From Eukaryota sp. TZLM1-RC (taxonomy: Eukaryota; Protista; Metamonada: BaSk clade), in contig JAUPSS010000003.1 of assembly GCA_040285825.1 (NCBI GenBank), forward strand, positions 682,001 to 746,000: a stretch of 64,000 nt of DNA, given 5' to 3'. The notes under the pieces are model-generated. The model did no database searches. It had not been told where the DNA came from and saw nothing but the letters and a program-made list of their open reading frames with translations. This document shows, one piece after another, positions 59,331 to 64,000 of this stretch (position 1 is its first letter; each line of letters begins with the position of its first letter). Made by a program: the position numbers and the translations under genes.

Positions 59331-61931
59331 ATGCAGTCGTATTGGATAACTGTTGAAGAACACAAACACCTCATCGCTTCGGGTTCTTCCATCACAGATG
59401 ATGACTTCTCAGAGCCTTCACTAAAATTAGTCGATTGTCGAAATCCTGTACGCTCTCAACCAGTAGTTCAAATCTATCTTGAATCACACTTTGCATCCTT
59501 TTGTGTTTCTTCACCTCTAGAAGACGATTGCTTTATTGGAGGTTCCTTGCAAAATGGCTTTATCATTATCTTCAAGCTCTCCGATCTATTGCATTCGGAG
59601 GAACCCAAACCGCACTTTTACGCTCCAAGCCCCAAAACAGAGCCGATTATTGCCATTACCCCTTTCGATGGCGGTAAGCTCCTCTCTGCCGAAGACAGTA
59701 AGCTTTATGTATGGGACATCTCTCAACCATCTACTGACGACGTCTCGCCCATCGCTGAAGTCACCTTTTCCGGTCGATGCCAAGCCATGACATTCAACCT
59801 TAACCCAAAGGTCTCCCGCATTGCTGCCATTGCTTGCACTGATGACACTCCCAAGAGCACCGTTTGCGTCTTTGATCTGTCCAAGAATCAGATCATAATG
59901 AAACTTGATCTTGGATCTGCCGTACCCACCTGTCTCTGCTGGTCTCCCGAAGTCTCTACTCAACTCGCAGTTGGTGTTCATGGTGATCATCCATCTGTTC
60001 AGTTGTGGTCTATGCGCAACAGGGCCGCACCAATGGCGGTAGAATCCATTGAGTCTGTTCCTACCGCTCTTTCTTGGTTTTCCAAGGATTTCAGGTTTCT
60101 TTTAGCTGGTGATAGGGCTGGTCATGTACACTTGGTCTCCGTTACCCCAACATCACTTACCTCTTTAGGAATTGCCGAGAAGATTGAGTCCAATACAGGT
60201 TCTGCTTCAATCACTTCACTCTCTACCACTGGTCTTCTCTCTGGAGCAGCTGTCGTTAGTTCTGAAAGTAAAACTTTGGTTACTCCTTGTGTCGCTGTGA
60301 AGGGAATGGTCAAGAATCTTCCTGATTGGGTCATTAATAAACCAGAAGGGAGCTTGACTGCTGTTGACGAGTCAATGTCAGTCGTTGTGGCTGGTTCAAA
60401 TGCAAAGTTTGATCGACACTGGCTTCCTCTCAGTGGAAAAGCTGTTGAAGAATTACTAGGTCTGGTTGATCACTTTACTTCCAAGAACACTGAAGCTCTG
60501 TTAAACCTTGTTGACCAAGATTATTTTGGGTCATTTCTGTTTCAAAAGTTTGTCCACCAGTTAGATGATAAGTCTGCAATACTCACCGCACTTGGCCTTC
60601 TTCCCGAAGTCAATGCTCCTCTTCCTGTTCAAGAGGAACACTCCCCAATGACCATGGATGATGATGCTGATTTCTTTGAGAATATCTCTGTACATTCTGT
60701 TGAATCTGTTGAAGAGCCAACGTCAAAGATGGAGATTTCTCCTGAAGTCAAAGATAATTTCATCAAAATGATTGCATTGGGTGATGTAGAGGGAGCTTAC
60801 GAATTGGCCTTGACTTCAGGTTTATTGGTCCAAGCTGCGTGTCTTTGGATGGTGCTTAATCGAGTTGAACCGGAAGCTAGGTTAATTGAGAAGTTTGATG
60901 ACGTTCTTGATAATGTGTTTTTGAGCTGTTTTTTGACCCGCAATTATGAACCATTGATTGAAAAGATTGATGAAGAAAACTGGAAGTTTGTATTGGCCTT
61001 CCTTGTGAATCATTCCGTCAATGAAGACGTGAAGAATTACCTCGAGCTGTTTGTTGCAAAGGTGGTAGAACTTGAAGAGATCACTGATGGTGTCATTGAG
61101 CTTATTTTGATGTTCTCCCGTGATTTTGACAAGCTGATTGATCTTTGGAAACGTGAATACAGCTCTAGTGTTGAATTATTCACAAGAACAGCGTTGTTGT
61201 TATCATATGATCCCAATGCAAGAACCAATCAATCAGTTAATCAAGTCTTGCATCAAGTTGCCGATTTGGTAGGTAGATTTGGTTATGAGCATCAACGGAA
61301 TCAGCTTGTCGAGAGACCTGTTGTCAATCCTGTGGTTGTTCCTCAACTTCCTCGTGAAGAAAAAAAACCCACCAAGGAAGAGAGGAAGCCTGTTGCCCGA
61401 CCTCCTGTTCAACCACCTCACCCTGTTCAAGCTACTTACATTAGCGAACCTTCTCCACACGACCTCCCTCCTCACCCCAGAGTTCCCAGCCGTCCTCCTT
61501 CAATGAGACCACCATCCATGACCCCTCCTACTGCAACCCCTGCCCCCGGTGTCTCAAGAAGTCCAGAAGTCGTTGAAAACTACTCAAAGCCAACAGAAAT
61601 TATTAATAACGTTGATAAATCAAATATTTTGCCAAACTTTTCCCCTGCTGCTGACTCAATTATCCGTATAGTATCTTCGTTTTCGAACAAACCCATTCCA
61701 AAGTCAAAACTGCAGAGAGTGGATAGTGCAGCTCAGAAAGCCAGTGAATTGCTCAAGGTCTTGAATGAACGAAATGTTAGAATTGATTTTGCAGATGATT
61801 TGGGAAGATGTCTATCGTTACTTGAGCAACGTAATTTCCCAGCAGCTCAGAAATTGTTGTCCAAGTTACCTATTGAAGTAAAGGGTTCTTTGAACATTTT
61901 GTCTTCCACTTTGAAACAATTGGAAAAGTAG
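59331..61931 (+). CDS. SEC31: COPII coat protein Sec31
   Basis: WD40 propeller (WSPEVSTQLAV, LWSMRN..AP, PDWV..P), alpha-solenoid, Pro-rich region and C-terminal helical domain. Confidence 0.85.
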   Translation: MQSYWITVEEHKHLIASGSSITDDDFSEPSLKLVDCRNPVRSQPVVQIYLESHFASFCVSSPLEDDCFIGGSLQNGFIIIFKLSDLLHSEEPKPHFYAPSPKTEPIIAITPFDGGKLLSAEDSKLYVWDISQPSTDDVSPIAEVTFSGRCQAMTFNLNPKVSRIAAIACTDDTPKSTVCVFDLSKNQIIMKLDLGSAVPTCLCWSPEVSTQLAVGVHGDHPSVQLWSMRNRAAPMAVESIESVPTALSWFSKDFRFLLAGDRAGHVHLVSVTPTSLTSLGIAEKIESNTGSASITSLSTTGLLSGAAVVSSESKTLVTPCVAVKGMVKNLPDWVINKPEGSLTAVDESMSVVVAGSNAKFDRHWLPLSGKAVEELLGLVDHFTSKNTEALLNLVDQDYFGSFLFQKFVHQLDDKSAILTALGLLPEVNAPLPVQEEHSPMTMDDDADFFENISVHSVESVEEPTSKMEISPEVKDNFIKMIALGDVEGAYELALTSGLLVQAACLWMVLNRVEPEARLIEKFDDVLDNVFLSCFLTRNYEPLIEKIDEENWKFVLAFLVNHSVNEDVKNYLELFVAKVVELEEITDGVIELILMFSRDFDKLIDLWKREYSSSVELFTRTALLLSYDPNARTNQSVNQVLHQVADLVGRFGYEHQRNQLVERPVVNPVVVPQLPREEKKPTKEERKPVARPPVQPPHPVQATYISEPSPHDLPPHPRVPSRPPSMRPPSMTPPTATPAPGVSRSPEVVENYSKPTEIINNVDKSNILPNFSPAADSIIRIVSSFSNKPIPKSKLQRVDSAAQKASELLKVLNERNVRIDFADDLGRCLSLLEQRNFPAAQKLLSKLPIEVKGSLNILSSTLKQLEK

Positions 61932-61996
61932 CTTTTGTAAGAATAACAATTATAAATGTTTGGTGTTTATTTTTTTTAATTTCAATTAATTACAGT

Positions 61997-62915
61997 CTAT
62001 TCTAAAATATTCAAATTGACAGGGAAACCTACCTTATGGGCATTACGACGATGGATATCATCAGCCTTGTTTTTCATACTGAAGAATTGTCTTTCTGCCT
62101 CGTCCCCCAAATCACAAATGAATTCCTTACGCTCTTCATCTTCTAATTTCATCCACTCTGTGAGCAGTTCAATAAAATCATAGGGCATTCCAAGTTCTTC
62201 TTCATCGGTTTGGCTCTCCCATCTAAGGTGAGTAAAACAGAATGACACACAGATCAGCAGACGGTACAGAATTGACAATGGAATCTGGTAGGTTGAGAAA
62301 ACGGGCCACTTCATACACCTCTGATTTGTGAAGGTCGGCAATCAACTGAACATCAACCACTCCATCACCAGCTTTGCAGAAATAGCGCAGATAGCCGTCT
62401 TCGTCAAAGTTTCCTGTACCTACAACAACTGCAGGGAAACCTTCCTGAGAAAGAAGTTGGGCAATAAAGTAATTAACAGGTGTTCGTTGGTATGATCTCA
62501 ACTGCCCTTTGGCAAAGAAGCTGCTGTTGATCCCCACTGCAGTATCAACTAAATCTACTAGTTGATCGTGTATTTGTGTTTGATCAACAGTGATGCATTC
62601 AACACCAAGAAAGTCTGCAACTTCGTAAGCTCTATTTTGAATCTTGACCGTACTGTGGATAGGTTGAGCTATTGCTATGAGGCGTTTAAGAGGGCTGTGT
62701 GGAATAGACATTGCCTTTGAACAAAGAGCAAGCACTGCAGAGCTGTCAATGCCTCCTGATAGTGAAAGGACTGCCCCCGAAAGGTTATTACGAGAGAGAA
62801 AGTCGACAAACATGGAGATCTTTTGATCTACCCATTGTTCTACATTAAATGCTCGTCGTTGTCGGAGAGCAGCAAGTTTATCTTGCAGTTGCTGATGAAG
62901 AGGTACAAGAACCAT
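61997..62915 (-). CDS. nadE: single-domain NH3-dependent NAD+ synthetase, 2 exons (intron 62223-62250)
   Basis: LSGGIDS, GTGNFDE..YFCKAGDG, ADLHKSEV and spliced PSADL|WESQTDEEELG. There is no glutaminase domain. Confidence 0.92.
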
Positions 62916-63009
62916 TTTGAAATTTATATTTGAAATTTTTCTTTTGATTTTTTGAAATATTACATTTGAAGGGCCATCCAGAAAAATATTTGCAAAAGCT
63001 TAATTTTTT

Positions 63010-63540
63010 TGACTAGTCATGCCAAGACGTTCTTCATAATCCAAGCCCTCAAAAACTAGTGAAAGCTTCTTTACACAATACCTTAAATTAGTAAATTTTA
63101 TTGCATGAATCTCTTGAACCGTGTCTGGAAAACGTTGGCATTAAATTTCTGGTATAGCTTTATTAATTGCATAATTGAGGTCATGCAACTACTTTCTAGA
63201 TAATGGATTAAACAAAGAGTATTCTTGAGGGAAACCATAAAGAAATCAAAAACAAAATTTGATCACCACCTACAAATGCTGCTTGACAAGCAATTGAAGA
63301 TTTGCTAAATCAACATCCCCAAATTGCGAAAATGAAATCATGAGGTCGAATTAAAACAGGGCTCACTTTCGATAGACAAAAAACATCAAGATTTTGAAGT
63401 TTCTTTTGAAGTTGGTTAAGTGAATAGCAAAAATCAACAAATACACATGTCGCTGTTGACCTTAATAGAAAAGTTTTTCCTGAACAACTGTTCAAAATGC
63501 AGAGTTGGCCATTTGTTTCAATTTCTGTGGCAAAAATCGT
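63010..63540 (-). mobile_element. decayed RLE non-LTR retrotransposon internal fragment
   Basis: The translation parallels 32620-33100 (SGK..LRST, AAFVGG, NLRYCVKKL, EGLDYE). Confidence 0.7.
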
Positions 63541-64000
63541 ATTTATTGAATTTGCACACTTGATTAAATTAAATCATAACTAATGGGACGACTATCATTA
63601 AACCAAGATTTCCTCTACAAAATCTTGATTTTGGCAAAAATTGAATTCAGCTCATTGCCAATTCTTTCTTGTTTTGATTCAGAAAATCTTTTAAACAAGC
63701 TACTCAACTCATGTACATTCAAGATGTGTAATTTTGGATGAATGTGTATATCATGAGAGATTGCTGTCTGATCTAAATCGTCAAATTATTCACAATGTAT
63801 AGTGTATTGAAATTGAGACCAATCTTGAAATTTGAGTGCAAACAAAAAAAGAAATATTGCTCACTATCCGTAAGCTTATTTTTTTCCACTTCGGGTAACA
63901 ATTTCGATAACAAATAAAAGTGATTAGCTGAAACGACCAATAAAATTATCTATCAATTTAATTACCGGTTTCAATTAAAGAAAACTGACACTTTGAGGAA

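Noticed and set aside
63310-63495. Walker A-like SGKT suggesting a helicase
   Set aside because: It aligns with the CYSGKFTHIL segment of the RLE retroelement at about 32630; it is LINE debris.

Overview
AT-rich genomic DNA from a unicellular eukaryote, probably a flagellated protist (CFAP97-type gene, 28-30 nt introns). The lineage cannot be fixed from this window. About 18 compact host genes are present: beta-tubulin, Sec31, Elp3, CAF-1 p60, a Ubl-eS31 fusion, phosducin-like, DHHC palmitoyltransferase, alpha-arrestin, Stealth, saposin, NadE and others. They alternate with dense mobile DNA: two Ty3/Gypsy chromovirus-like LTR elements (one complete, with identical 79-bp LTRs), about a dozen 5'-truncated RLE-type non-LTR retrotransposon pieces, a non-autonomous hAT element, an inverted segmental duplication and five decayed Fanzor (eukaryotic TnpB) loci. 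Four signals stand out. (1) A composite locus at 32.1-36.3 kb reads 2A-like StopGo peptide > NLS-like patch > PolB-type 3'-5' exonuclease > Fanzor with RuvC-III D->N. (2) All five Fanzors have their 3' (omegaRNA/guide) end directly upstream of a same-strand host start codon, and in two copies only 0 and 14 nt separate them. (3) There is an apparent GA-AG intron. (4) eS31 is fused to a strongly diverged ubiquitin-like domain. All calls come from manual reading and motif recognition; no searches were run.
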